Positions 28,107-39,230 of a DNA stretch of 64,000 bases are shown one piece after another. The stretch spans positions 10,022 through 74,021 of the forward strand of contig CAMDUL010000010.1 of assembly GCA_945878135.1 (NCBI GenBank), in the 5' to 3' direction. Each line of letters starts with the position of its first letter. The first letter of the stretch is position 1. The notes beneath the pieces are model-generated. The model saw only the letters and a program-made list of their open reading frames with translations. It ran no database searches and had not been told where the DNA came from. This DNA comes from Chthoniobacter flavus (GTDB lineage Bacteria; Verrucomicrobiota; Verrucomicrobiia; Chthoniobacterales; JACTMZ01). The position numbers and the translations under genes are program-made.

Positions 28107-28787
28107 TCAGGCTCGCGCCATGGCGAATTGGGCGGGGGTCTCGACGAGGCCGGCGGCGATGGCGTGGCGGGTGAGACCGGCGGTGTCGTGGATGTGGAGT
28201 TTGTTCATCACGGATTGGCGGTGCTTCTCCACGGTCTTGATGCTGATGCCGAGTTTGTCGGCGGTCTGCTTGTTGGCGTTGCCCTCGGCGATGAGTTGGA
28301 GGACTTCGGTTTCGCGTTCGGTCAGGGTATCGGTCCGGCGGCGCTGCATCGTGGAGCTGCCCTCGTTCTTTTCGTATTGCGCGAGGCGCTTTTTCACCGC
28401 CGGGGAGAAGGCTTTCATGCCGCTGGCCACATCGCGGACGGCTTTGGCCAGGGTTTCGGCGGCGGAAGTCTTGGAGACGTATCCGTCGACCCCGGCCTCG
28501 AGGGCGTGCTGCATGAAGATGTCGTCCTCGTAGGCGGTGAGGATGAGGATGCGGGTGGCCGCGGACTTGCGGCGGATGTGGCGCGCGGCGTCGAGGCCGT
28601 TGAGATTGGGCATGGCGACGTCGAGGGTGACGACGTCGGGCTTGAGCTTGGCCGCTTTTTCCGCGCCTTCACGTCCGTCGGCGGCCTGGCCGACAACTTT
28701 GATGTCTTTGTGCCGTTCGAGGATGGTGACGAGCGCTTCGCGCATCATCTGGTGATCGTCAATGATGAGGACTGAGGTTGTTTTCAT
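28107..28787 (-). CDS. NarL/LuxR-family response regulator
   Basis: IIDDH, LDVAMP, LTERETEVLQLIAEG.ANKQ.A..L.ISIKTVEKHR. Confidence 0.95.
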   Translation of the reverse strand: MKTTSVLIIDDHQMMREALVTILERHKDIKVVGQAADGREGAEKAAKLKPDVVTLDVAMPNLNGLDAARHIRRKSAATRILILTAYEDDIFMQHALEAGVDGYVSKTSAAETLAKAVRDVASGMKAFSPAVKKRLAQYEKNEGSSTMQRRRTDTLTERETEVLQLIAEGNANKQTADKLGISIKTVEKHRQSVMNKLHIHDTAGLTRHAIAAGLVETPAQFAMARA

Positions 28788-28796
28788 ATTTGGAAT

Positions 28797-30086
28797 TCAG
28801 CTTCTCCGCGGGGAGGTTTTGCGGGGGGGGGGGGGCACTTTGACGCGGACGGTGGTGCCTTGGCCGGGTATGGCTTCGAGGTGAAATTGGCCGCCGAGCA
28901 ATTCGGCGCGTTCGCGCATGCCGAGGAGACCGAGGTGACCGTCGGCTTGGGCCCGGGTGATGCGATCGGCGTCGAAGGAGCAGCCATCGTCGCCGATTTC
29001 GAGCATGACATGACCGTCATGGCGATGGAGCCGGATCCACGCGCGCCCTGCACCGGAGTGTTCCTCGATGTTCTGCAGGGCTTCCTGGGTGAGACGGAAA
29101 AGATGGGTCAGGCCATCGCCGGCCAGAAATTCGATGGCGACCGGTTGGAGATCGAGGTCGAGGGTCAGGCGGGTGCGTTCGCGGAAAGCCTCGGCGTGTT
29201 TCTCCAGCGCGGCGACCAGGCCGAAGTGGTCGAGAAGGGCCGGACGCATGTCGCGGGCGAGGGTGCGGACGTCGGCCAGCGCGCTTTTGAGTTGGTCGCG
29301 CAGATCGGTCAGCTCCTGCCGGAGCCAAGCGGGGATCTTTTCGTCTTTGGCCATGCTGATGCGGTTGGCGGCGGCGGCGATCACTTGCGCAATGTTGTCG
29401 TGGAGCTCGCGGCTGATGACTTGCTGCCGCTGCTCGCCGGATTCGATGAGGCGTTGGGCGAGGTGTTCCAGTTCGCGGATATGGACCGTGAGATCGGCCG
29501 GTTCCTGCGGTGTTCTCCGGCGTTCAAGGGCCAGCGGAACGTGGGATGCCCCGTTGCCGGAATTATGGTGCTCGCCGCCGGAGTTGCCGTCTCCACCGCC
29601 GGTAACATCGCGCCAGGTGTGATGGAGGTTGTCGCCGACTGGGACGGCACGGATGTCGAAGCGCCGCACCTTGCCATGGATCTCGTGCGGATAGCTGTAG
29701 TCTTGCAGGTTGAGGATTTCCCCGGTGGCGAGAATCCGGCAATACGTGTCGAAAAGCCCGGTCTCACGGGCATTGGGAAACAGTTCGAGAAGGCGGCGGC
29801 CGACGAGCAGTCCGCGCGGCAGTCCGTTGTAAGCGCAGGCGGCGTCGTTGGCTTCGGCGAAGATGAAGTCACAGACACGGCCCCGGGGATCGCGGAGGGC
29901 GCGGAGGATGACGCGCGGATCGAAATCCGAATCCAGCAAAGCGCGGAGCTGCGCCTCGTCTGCCGGGAAGACCCCGCCGTCTGGCGGCCGCCCGCCGTGC
30001 GGGGGAGCCAACAAGGTAGTTGCGGGTGCATCGCCCGCCACTTGCTTTACCACCGTTTTTTTTGCCTTCCGACGCGCGGAGTTCAC
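28797..30086 (-). CDS. PAS + HisKA_3 (NarX-like) sensor histidine kinase
   Basis: ISRELHDNIAQ, QEALQNIEEHS, DDGCSFD, HLGLLGMRERA; GTG start after AAGGAAGG (alternative ATG 30251). Confidence 0.85.
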   Translation of the reverse strand: MNSARRKAKKTVVKQVAGDAPATTLLAPPHGGRPPDGGVFPADEAQLRALLDSDFDPRVILRALRDPRGRVCDFIFAEANDAACAYNGLPRGLLVGRRLLELFPNARETGLFDTYCRILATGEILNLQDYSYPHEIHGKVRRFDIRAVPVGDNLHHTWRDVTGGGDGNSGGEHHNSGNGASHVPLALERRRTPQEPADLTVHIRELEHLAQRLIESGEQRQQVISRELHDNIAQVIAAAANRISMAKDEKIPAWLRQELTDLRDQLKSALADVRTLARDMRPALLDHFGLVAALEKHAEAFRERTRLTLDLDLQPVAIEFLAGDGLTHLFRLTQEALQNIEEHSGAGRAWIRLHRHDGHVMLEIGDDGCSFDADRITRAQADGHLGLLGMRERAELLGGQFHLEAIPGQGTTVRVKVPPPPRKTSPRRS

Positions 30087-30256
30087 GGCTTTGCCTTCCT
30101 TGGTGTGGCTGTTGGAATGGCTCAACTCGTGGTTGAGTTGGCTTTGAAAAGTAGGATCTTGATCATTGATTAACTTACGTCGCCTCCGCGGAATATCAAC
30201 TATGTATTCAGCAGGAGGCGATGGAGCCGGCGCCATGGTGGAGAAGCTCATGATGC

Positions 30257-31582
30257 TCAACTTGTTGCGATGGTAGTTTGGCCGTTGAAAGGGACGACGC
30301 GGTTGCGTCCGCCTTGTTTGGCGAGATACATCGCGGAATCGGCGCGGGCGACAAGGGCATCGGCTGTTTCCTCCGGGTGCGCGATGGTGACGCCGATGCT
30401 GACGGTGGCCGTGACCGGTCCGGCCGGCGTGGCAATGGGTTGGGCGGCGGCGGCGCGGAGTTTTTCGGCAATGACGATGGCGTTGTCGATGTCCTGCACG
30501 CCATGGAGGACGACGAGGAGTTCGTCGCCGCCGATGCGGGCGGCGAGGTCGTCGCTGGTGCGGAGGACGGAGCGCAACCGTTCGGCGGTGACGCGCAGGA
30601 CTTCGTCGCCGGCGGCGTGACCGTGGAGGTCGTTGATGTCCTTGAAACGGTCCAGATCGCAAAAGAGCACGGCGAGTTCGTGCCCGCTGCGCCGGGACTG
30701 GGCTCCGAGGGTTTCGATGCGGCTGAGCACTTCCTTGCGGTTGAGCAGTTCGGTGAGTTCGTCCGTGCGCGCGCGGTGCTCGAGTTGTTGCTCGACGGCG
30801 ACCTGGGTATCGACAATGCGGCTGGTGGCGACAAAGCCTTCGGGGCGACCGTGGGTGTCGAGGTAGGGGCTGGCATGGGTCTCGATCCAGTGGTGCGTGC
30901 CGTCCTTGGCCGAGACGCGGTGGCGCCCGAGCACCGTATGCCCGGCATCGAGCCGTGCGATTTTCTCGGCGCAGAGAACGCGATCCTCCGGCTCGAGAAA
31001 TTCCTCGACCTTGCGTCCGACGCACTCGTCGATACTCCAGCCGAAGGTGGTCTGCACGGATGGCGAGATCCACATGATGGTGCCGTGGCGGACGCGGGCC
31101 ACGACGTCGGAAGAGTTTTCGGCGAGCAAGCGGTAGCGTTCCTCGGAGGCGGCGAGGCGTTTGGCGGCGAGGTGGCGCTCGGTGACATCGCGCCAGGTCC
31201 AGACGAGCGAATCGTCAGTGCGGATGGCGCGGATGTCGAAGCGCCGCTCCTGGCCGTAGATTTCGAGGGAGAAGGCGAAGTTGTTGGCGACGAGGGGCTC
31301 GCCGGATTCGAGGGCGTCGCGGGCCATGGCCATCAGACAGCCGGCGTTGTCGGGCGGCAGGAATTCGAGCAGCCGGCGTCCGAGCATCGCTTCGCGTCCG
31401 AGCCCGTAGTATTCGGCGGCGGCTTGGTTGGCTTCGACGATGAGGAAGTCGGAAACCTTGCCCGTGTGGTCCCGGACCGGAGAGAGCAGAAGATGCGGAT
31501 CGAACAGGGCGTCGAGGATGGCGCGCGGGGAGAAGTCCGGCGGCGCGACGGAGGCTTCGGCGGCGGGAGCCATGAAAGTCAT
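30257..31582 (-). CDS. PAS-PAS diguanylate cyclase (GGDEL variant)
   Basis: Two PAS domains, TDELTELLNR, DLDRFKDIND..GH.AGD, RIGGDEL, ADSAMYLAKQGGRN. Confidence 0.9.
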   Translation of the reverse strand: MTFMAPAAEASVAPPDFSPRAILDALFDPHLLLSPVRDHTGKVSDFLIVEANQAAAEYYGLGREAMLGRRLLEFLPPDNAGCLMAMARDALESGEPLVANNFAFSLEIYGQERRFDIRAIRTDDSLVWTWRDVTERHLAAKRLAASEERYRLLAENSSDVVARVRHGTIMWISPSVQTTFGWSIDECVGRKVEEFLEPEDRVLCAEKIARLDAGHTVLGRHRVSAKDGTHHWIETHASPYLDTHGRPEGFVATSRIVDTQVAVEQQLEHRARTDELTELLNRKEVLSRIETLGAQSRRSGHELAVLFCDLDRFKDINDLHGHAAGDEVLRVTAERLRSVLRTSDDLAARIGGDELLVVLHGVQDIDNAIVIAEKLRAAAAQPIATPAGPVTATVSIGVTIAHPEETADALVARADSAMYLAKQGGRNRVVPFNGQTTIATS

Positions 31583-31776
31583 TGGTCGAGGCGCGAGATG
31601 GTTTGTTGCAGACGGAGAATCTCCGCGGCGGCATCGCGCATCAGGCCGCACAAAAGGACTTCGCGCCGGCCGTCGCAGCCGGAGCCGGCATCGACGAGCA
31701 TTTCGCGCAAGGCGGCCACTTCGGCAAAGCGTGCGGCGTGCTGATCGCGCAATTCGCAGGCAGTCGATGATGTCAT
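31579..31776 (-). CDS. Small helical hypothetical protein coupled to the DGC
   Basis: Its stop overlaps the DGC ATG (ATGA); amphipathic helix AAAEILRLQQTISRL. Confidence 0.5.
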   Translation of the reverse strand: MTSSTACELRDQHAARFAEVAALREMLVDAGSGCDGRREVLLCGLMRDAAAEILRLQQTISRLDQ

Positions 31777-31964
31777 CACGACCCGAGAATAAGCTTCCGC
31801 GGGGCGGACCATCACTGGGGTATATTGCCCATTCGTTTTCCCGTCGCAGATCAACCGCCGTCGGGCTTGCGTTCCGCAACTGGTCATCCGCCCTAACGGG
31901 GCCGGGGCCTCCCGGTGGGCGAAGACCTCATGGTATCTCCGGCGGTGCGGGATTTATTGGAAGT

Positions 31965-32165
31965 ATGAAGCGGAACACGAAGGATCAGGCTGACCAACAA
32001 CGCGCGCAGCAGAAAGAACGCACCATGGCCGCGCGGCCGTGGAAAGAAGCCCTATCCATGCCGGATGGCGGAACAAAGCGCCGGAGAGTGGAGGAGGAGT
32101 GGCGTCCGGGTTCAGTCGCGCGGCGGGGGCATCAGGGGGCGGTGGAGGACCGGTGGTGGCTCTGA
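31965..32165 (+). CDS. Possible small hypothetical protein
   Basis: 66-aa charged ORF (MKRNTKDQ...DRWWL) after a GGAAG purine tract. Confidence 0.3.
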   Translation: MKRNTKDQADQQRAQQKERTMAARPWKEALSMPDGGTKRRRVEEEWRPGSVARRGHQGAVEDRWWL

Positions 32166-32243
32166 CGCGTTTGGCCCGGGGGTAGCGCGTCTTTGACGAG
32201 AACAACCCGTGACCTGCCGGGGCGGACACGTTAGGTTCCGCGG

Positions 32244-33899
<1,656 letters not shown>

Positions 33900-34026
33900 C
33901 GCCGCTGAGTCCCGACCGGGTCACCTCATTGTCCGGCACTTGCCGGCGAGTTGCACTGGGGTGTTGCTGGGATAGCACTCCTCCCCAGAGCAACGTCATG
34001 CGCCACCCCGTAGCTTCCCGTCCTCT

Positions 34027-35163
34027 ATGGACAGGAACACAAGCTATTCAGTTGAAAAATTCACCTCATCGAAACTCGCAACGCGGGGAGCGTTGCACGG
34101 GCGGATATTGTTGTCGGTGTTGGTCATCTTGGGCGCGGCCGACGGTCTCGGGCAGACGACTTACACGTGGACCGGGGGCGGGGGCGTCGGCAACCAGAAG
34201 TGGAGCAAGAACAACAACTGGTCCGGAGTGGGCGCCCCGGGCAACAACTCGACCAACTCGTTTGTCTTCTCCGGATCGGCGAGGGAGTTTGCGCCCGATA
34301 ACGACCGCAACAATCTCTCCGCGGCATTGATCGTGTTCGCGACCAACGCGTCAACCAACACGCAGAGCTACGATCTCGTCGGAAACGGCCTGCGTTTGCT
34401 CGGCGGGGTGACCAATCTTTCGACGCGCGGGCACACCCTGAGCCTTGATCTGGTCCTGGCCGCCCCCACGGTGCAGTTCAGCGCGACGGAAGGAAATCTC
34501 ATCCTGGCCGGGGAGGTGAGCGGCGAGGGGTCTTTGCTCAAAGCCGGCGCGGCCACTTTGATTTTGTCGGGCAGCAACAGCTTTTCAGGCGCGCTCGGCG
34601 TGGACTCCGGTGTTCTCGAGTTGGCCGCGCTGACTGGCGCGGCGGCGGGCTCGGTCTCCTCGGTCGCCGTCTCTCAAGGGGCGACCCTTCTGCTGTCACG
34701 TGACGATCAGGTGAACGACGCCGCGACGATCACGCTGTCGGGAGGGACGATCCGGCGCGGCGGGGCTGCGGGCGAGGTCTGCGGTGATCTCCTTGTCACC
34801 GCCCCATCGTTGGTCGATTTCGGAACCGGTGCCCCCAGCACTCTGGGCTTCGGGACCTACACACCGGAAACTTTGCTTTCCGTCGGGAATTTCCTGCCGG
34901 GAAATATCCTGACCTTCCGGCAAGACCTCTCGGGTTCGATCAACAACCCGAGTCTGTTTTCTTTCGACCACGGCTTCGCCACTTCCTGGGACGGGTCGAC
35001 CTTCGTCATCACGGCCATCCCGGAACCGTCCGCTTTCATCACCGCGGCCGCCCTCATTGTCCTGATGAGCCGGCCGTCACGGCGACTGATACTGCGCGAC
35101 CTCAAGCGCATCGTCGGCCTGCGCGCCCCGATGCGCGACCGGCTCGCGCGGCGGCGGGAATGA
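34027..35163 (+). CDS. PEP-CTERM surface protein with autotransporter-associated beta-strand repeat
   Basis: Signal-like segment, W...NW Gly/Asn-rich repeats, GSLLKAGAATLILSGSNSFSG, IPEPS + hydrophobic helix + basic tail. Confidence 0.85.
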   Translation: MDRNTSYSVEKFTSSKLATRGALHGRILLSVLVILGAADGLGQTTYTWTGGGGVGNQKWSKNNNWSGVGAPGNNSTNSFVFSGSAREFAPDNDRNNLSAALIVFATNASTNTQSYDLVGNGLRLLGGVTNLSTRGHTLSLDLVLAAPTVQFSATEGNLILAGEVSGEGSLLKAGAATLILSGSNSFSGALGVDSGVLELAALTGAAAGSVSSVAVSQGATLLLSRDDQVNDAATITLSGGTIRRGGAAGEVCGDLLVTAPSLVDFGTGAPSTLGFGTYTPETLLSVGNFLPGNILTFRQDLSGSINNPSLFSFDHGFATSWDGSTFVITAIPEPSAFITAAALIVLMSRPSRRLILRDLKRIVGLRAPMRDRLARRRE

Positions 35164-35394
35164 AGCGGCCGTTTTCCGGAACGCGCTCCCTCACACCGGT
35201 ATAACACCCGCGCCCTCGCCGCCGGATCCCCGGCACGGTGCCCCTCCGGCGGATATCGCCGGGTTTGATGCGGACGGCAGGTCGGCTCGCCGCTCAGGTT
35301 TCAGCGCGAGCGGAAGAGTTTCCATGCGATCTGGAAGGCGGTGAAGGTCTTTTGGATCAGGTTGATTGATGATCCGTTCCGTTACCGGCTTCGT

Positions 35395-36402
35395 TCATCG
35401 TTGGCGGAGTGCGTAGTGGCCGGTTTTCTTGCCGCCGATTTTTTCCACCAACCCCGCATCGAGAAGCGGGCGGAGCAAGCCCATCGCGCCTTGCCGGGAG
35501 ATTTGCATGGCCGCCCAGATTTGGGCCGGCGTCATGCGGCCGTGGTCGCGCAGGAGTTGCAGCAAGCGTTCCTGATTGGGGCGCAGCACCAATTTGCCGG
35601 GTGATTTGACTTCCAAGGCCTGCACCCGCAGCCAGACATTTTCGAGAGTCTGGCGCACTCCCTCCGCGCAGTATTCGAGCCACTCGCTGAGGTCTTCGCC
35701 GCGCTTCCGCACGGCATCGAGCGCAGCGTAGTAGCCGCGGCGGTCCTCCCAGTAGTATTCATCCACGGAGAAGATGTGGTGGCTGTCGAAGCCGCGACGG
35801 TAGAGTTCCCACAACGCCAGCGCGCGTCCGGTCCGTCCGTTTCCATCGGCAAAGGGATGAATGTCCTCGAAGCGGTAGTGCAGGATCGCGGAACTCAGCA
35901 CCGGCGAGAGTTTCGGCGCGTCCTTGTTCCACCACTCGAGAAGCTCGAACATCAGGCCCGAGACATCCGCCGCCGCTGGCGGGAAATGGTTGCCCACCCG
36001 CACGGCGATCATCCGGTAACTCCCGGCCGTGCCTTGATCCATGACCTCGCCCGCCAAGATCCGGTGCAACTCGAAGAGATCTTCGTGGCGGATCCGCTCT
36101 TTCACGGCGTGCTTCTCGACATACCGCAGCCCGGCGAAATAGTTCAGCACCTCCCGCCGTGAACGCCCATCCGAGGCGGCGATTTCCCGTCCCTCTTCCA
36201 GCGCCTGCACTTGCTCCAGCGTCAGCGGATTGCCTTCGATCGCCGTGGAGGCGTGCACATTGCGTGTCCTCGTATCCTTCTGCAGAGCAGGAATCCAGGA
36301 AACCTCGACCGCCGCGCTTTGAATCCGCTCCCTCAATACCGCAATGGTCTCCACCAGAGAGAGAAGGCGCGGCGTGATGGAAAATTGCGGGCTGTAGGCC
36401 AT
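35395..36402 (-). CDS. Fic family protein with C-terminal HTH
   Basis: HPFADGNGRTGR Fic motif; STAIEGN inhibitory motif. Confidence 0.93.
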   Translation of the reverse strand: MAYSPQFSITPRLLSLVETIAVLRERIQSAAVEVSWIPALQKDTRTRNVHASTAIEGNPLTLEQVQALEEGREIAASDGRSRREVLNYFAGLRYVEKHAVKERIRHEDLFELHRILAGEVMDQGTAGSYRMIAVRVGNHFPPAAADVSGLMFELLEWWNKDAPKLSPVLSSAILHYRFEDIHPFADGNGRTGRALALWELYRRGFDSHHIFSVDEYYWEDRRGYYAALDAVRKRGEDLSEWLEYCAEGVRQTLENVWLRVQALEVKSPGKLVLRPNQERLLQLLRDHGRMTPAQIWAAMQISRQGAMGLLRPLLDAGLVEKIGGKKTGHYALRQR

Positions 36403-36484
36403 GCGATAAGTCAAGCGTAAGTCAACTTATGAGTCAAGCAGGTCCGCGGGGCTCACCCGGCGACACGGAGGGCGCCGGTGAGGA

Positions 36485-36600
36485 TCATAGGTTAACGTAG
36501 AAGGCTTGGTGCAGCAGGGATTTCTTCAACTCCGCGAGCGCCGCCTGCTTTTGTTCGTAGATGCGGGTGAGGCGTTGGGTTTCGATAAGTCTTATCACAA
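36485..36600 (-). pseudogene. Type I restriction-modification HsdS C-terminal remnant
   Basis: ETQRLTRIYEQKQAALAELKKSLLHQAF matches the conserved HsdS C-terminal helix; the rest of the gene is absent. Confidence 0.7.
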
Positions 36601-36603
36601 AGT

Positions 36604-36895
36604 CAGTCATTGAGGTTGTGCCATTCGGTTTCGGGCGACCCTCGCAGAAATGCGCTGATCCTGTCCAAACCCGGTGATCCTGCGCCCACGCGATGTGGTC
36701 AGCGAGGCGCAGCGCTTTCGCATGGTTTGATGCATAATTCCGTGCCCCCGGGATCAAGGGCAGTGGCGGGGTCCAGCCAACGCGGACCTGAACCATTTCA
36801 GGCAACATTTCCCAGAGTTCGTTCCAGCGAACGGGCATGGGGCACACTCGACTGTTTTCTCGGCAGTAGGGACCAAAGAATCCGGAGTTTCGGCA
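36604..36895 (-). pseudogene. Frameshifted small hypothetical gene
   Basis: Pieces in different frames join to ETPDSLV/YCRENSRVCPMPVRWNELWEMLP...PPLPLI...LRLADHIAWA/LDRISAFLRGSPETEWH. Confidence 0.55.
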
Positions 36896-37063
36896 TTAGT
36901 AACAATTCTCCGGAGAAGGCTTGGGGTGGTGGGAATCCGCCGAGGGCCTGCCGCGGAGCTTGCGCGGATCCCGTGTCCGATCCCGAGGGCATCTTGGACC
37001 GGCGGGCCGAGATAAAGGTTCCGGCTGTCACCGACCACTGTTATGGATGGGACTGTGACGACG

Positions 37064-37735
37064 ATGGTGCACCGCGCGGCGACGGGCCTGCTCGCCATCC
37101 TGCTTGGGGGGTGCGCCTCGGTGAGTGTGAAGGAAGACCAATGGTCGCCGGAAAAGCTGGTAATGCCAAAGCGGGTGTACGTGAAAGATTATGACATGCC
37201 ATCCGATTCTCTCGCGGTGGACCGCAGCGGGGAAGAGTTGGAAAAGTTCCGCGAGGACACGTCAAAGAATTTCACGGCGGAACTTTGCGAGCGGATCACC
37301 AAGCGCATCGCGCCGGCCGTTCCGCTGGTTGAAGGTGTCCGTCCGGAACCGGGCAGCTGGGTGGTCGAAGGCCGCTTCTTGCGGTTGAACCAAGGGAGCC
37401 GTTTGCTGCGCAGCCTGGTCGGGCTGGGCGCCGGCGGAACAAAGATGGACGCGCAGACGACCGTTTCGGCGGTCGGGGCGCGCGGAGCCGAGAAGGCGAT
37501 TGCCGAGATCGAAACAACCGGCGGATCGAATGCCGAACCGGGCATGCTCACCTTCCCGACGCCGATCGGCGGCGGGATCCGGGCCGTGGTGTCGCTCGCG
37601 AAGACGGGAGTCACGGCGGACCAGCGCCGCACGGCGCGGATGATCACCGCGGCGATGGCGGAGAAGTTGGAGACGCAGGGCTACGCGTTGCCGGGGAAGA
37701 AGGAGAAGGCCAAGAGGTCGGAGACCCAGCCGTGA
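37064..37735 (+). CDS. DUF4410-like lipoprotein
   Basis: Lipobox LGGC; EGRFLRLNQGSRLLRSLVGLGAG. Confidence 0.75.
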   Translation: MVHRAATGLLAILLGGCASVSVKEDQWSPEKLVMPKRVYVKDYDMPSDSLAVDRSGEELEKFREDTSKNFTAELCERITKRIAPAVPLVEGVRPEPGSWVVEGRFLRLNQGSRLLRSLVGLGAGGTKMDAQTTVSAVGARGAEKAIAEIETTGGSNAEPGMLTFPTPIGGGIRAVVSLAKTGVTADQRRTARMITAAMAEKLETQGYALPGKKEKAKRSETQP

Positions 37736-37754
37736 CCGTTCTGCCCGGCGGTCT

Positions 37755-39230
37755 TCATGCGGCGCGGAGCGCGTCGAGAAGGGCGCCGAGGGGAACGGAA
37801 GCGAAACGGGTGGCGGTGTCGGAAACGGCGTAGGGAAGAATGAGCGTGTCGTGGTGAACGAGGCCGCCGCAGGAGTAGACGACATTCGGAACGTAGCCCT
37901 CGCGCTCGTCGGGCGCCGGGCCGAGAAGGGGTTCCTTGAGGCGTCCGATGATGCGGGAGGGGTCGTCGCGATCGAGAAGGACGGCGCCGATGCAGTATTT
38001 GCGCATGGGGCCGACGCCATGGGTCAGGACGAGCCATCCGGCCGCGGTTTCGATGGGCGAGCCGCAATTGCCGAGCTGGGTGAATTCCCAGGGCTGGGAG
38101 GGGCGGATGATGACTTTGGATTCATACCAGAAATACGGATGATCGGAGAACATGAGGTGGATGTTCTCGCCGTCCTGGCGTCCGAGCATGGCATAGAGTC
38201 CGTTGATTTTGCGCGGGAAGAGGGCGAAGCCTTTGTTGGTCACGGCGGGGCCGTTGAGGGTGCTGACCCGGAAGGCGCAGAAGTCGCGCGTCTCGACGAT
38301 CTGCGGGAAAATCGTGCTGCCATTGTAGGCGGTGTAGGTGGCGTAGTAGACGACGGATCCGTCCTCGTGCGTGAAGCGGACGAACCGCGCGTCTTCGATG
38401 CCGTTGCTTTCCAGCGGCGAATAGGGGAAGAGGACTTTTTCGGCCATTTGCAGTCCGTCTTTGAAGCGCACGGTGTAGTTCGCTTCGGCCAGGTGGAGGG
38501 CCTGCTCCCCGGCGCGGATGACATCGGAGGGCACATCCTCGCGGCGGAGGCGCACGACGCGCGCGACGAGTTCGCCCATGTGGAAGGTTTCCGGTAACTC
38601 GGAGGTGGCGCGTTTGACCGCGTCGTGCTCGAGGCCCATTTCGTGGAGTTTGCGCCGGAAAAGGGAGAGGTCGTAACGGGCGGCGGGTTCGGGGCGGGGC
38701 GAGTGGACGAAGCGCGTGACGGGATCGAGTCGCACCGTTCCGTCGGGCGCGGCGAGGCCGGAGCGGAAGGTGATGGACGAGATGTGGCCCTCGCCGGTGG
38801 CGCGGAGGCTGAGGATGAAACGCAGTTCGCCGGGTGCGAGACCCGACTGGTCGGGGGCGGGAACGATGCTGGGGTTGAAGAGGGCGCTGGATTCGAGCGA
38901 ATACTCGTTGGTGAAATACGAACCGATGAGGAGTTTGCGCGGTTCGCTGACCGTGCCGTCGACCGGCAGGAGCGGGGCCATCTTGTTGTAACGGTCGAGG
39001 AAAATGGCGCGGATGTCCTCGTGGCGGTCGTGGAATTCGTGAAGGACGTTTTCGAGGGTGGCTTCCACGGTCGCATCGTCGAGGAGGAGGACGCGGGCGA
39101 GGATGTCGAGCAGACGGCGGCTGGGTTCGGCATGCCCGGTGGGTTTGACGATGACGGAGGCCATGAACGGACGCAGGAGGACGCGCCGGGCGTCGGGGCG
39201 GAGTTCGAGCGGTTGGCGGCGGAGGTTCAT
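37755..39230 (-). CDS. Glycoside hydrolase family 130 protein
   Basis: SALFNPSI, NGIEDARFV, YATYTAY, NKGFALFPRKI, REGYVPNVVYSCG. Confidence 0.92.
   Translation of the reverse strand: MNLRRQPLELRPDARRVLLRPFMASVIVKPTGHAEPSRRLLDILARVLLLDDATVEATLENVLHEFHDRHEDIRAIFLDRYNKMAPLLPVDGTVSEPRKLLIGSYFTNEYSLESSALFNPSIVPAPDQSGLAPGELRFILSLRATGEGHISSITFRSGLAAPDGTVRLDPVTRFVHSPRPEPAARYDLSLFRRKLHEMGLEHDAVKRATSELPETFHMGELVARVVRLRREDVPSDVIRAGEQALHLAEANYTVRFKDGLQMAEKVLFPYSPLESNGIEDARFVRFTHEDGSVVYYATYTAYNGSTIFPQIVETRDFCAFRVSTLNGPAVTNKGFALFPRKINGLYAMLGRQDGENIHLMFSDHPYFWYESKVIIRPSQPWEFTQLGNCGSPIETAAGWLVLTHGVGPMRKYCIGAVLLDRDDPSRIIGRLKEPLLGPAPDEREGYVPNVVYSCGGLVHHDTLILPYAVSDTATRFASVPLGALLDALRAA

Noticed and set aside
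30139-30153. FNR-like box TTGATCATTGATTAA upstream of the kinase
   Set aside because: Spacing is off by one and the right arm is imperfect; may simply be AT-rich promoter DNA
28797-31073. 758-aa ORF as one giant kinase
   Set aside because: The N-terminal part is an out-of-frame shadow of the DGC gene; real kinase sequence begins near 30086
33930-33985. CIRCE-like half site TAGCACTC upstream of the PEP-CTERM gene
   Set aside because: No matching GAGTGCTAA arm at 9-bp spacing
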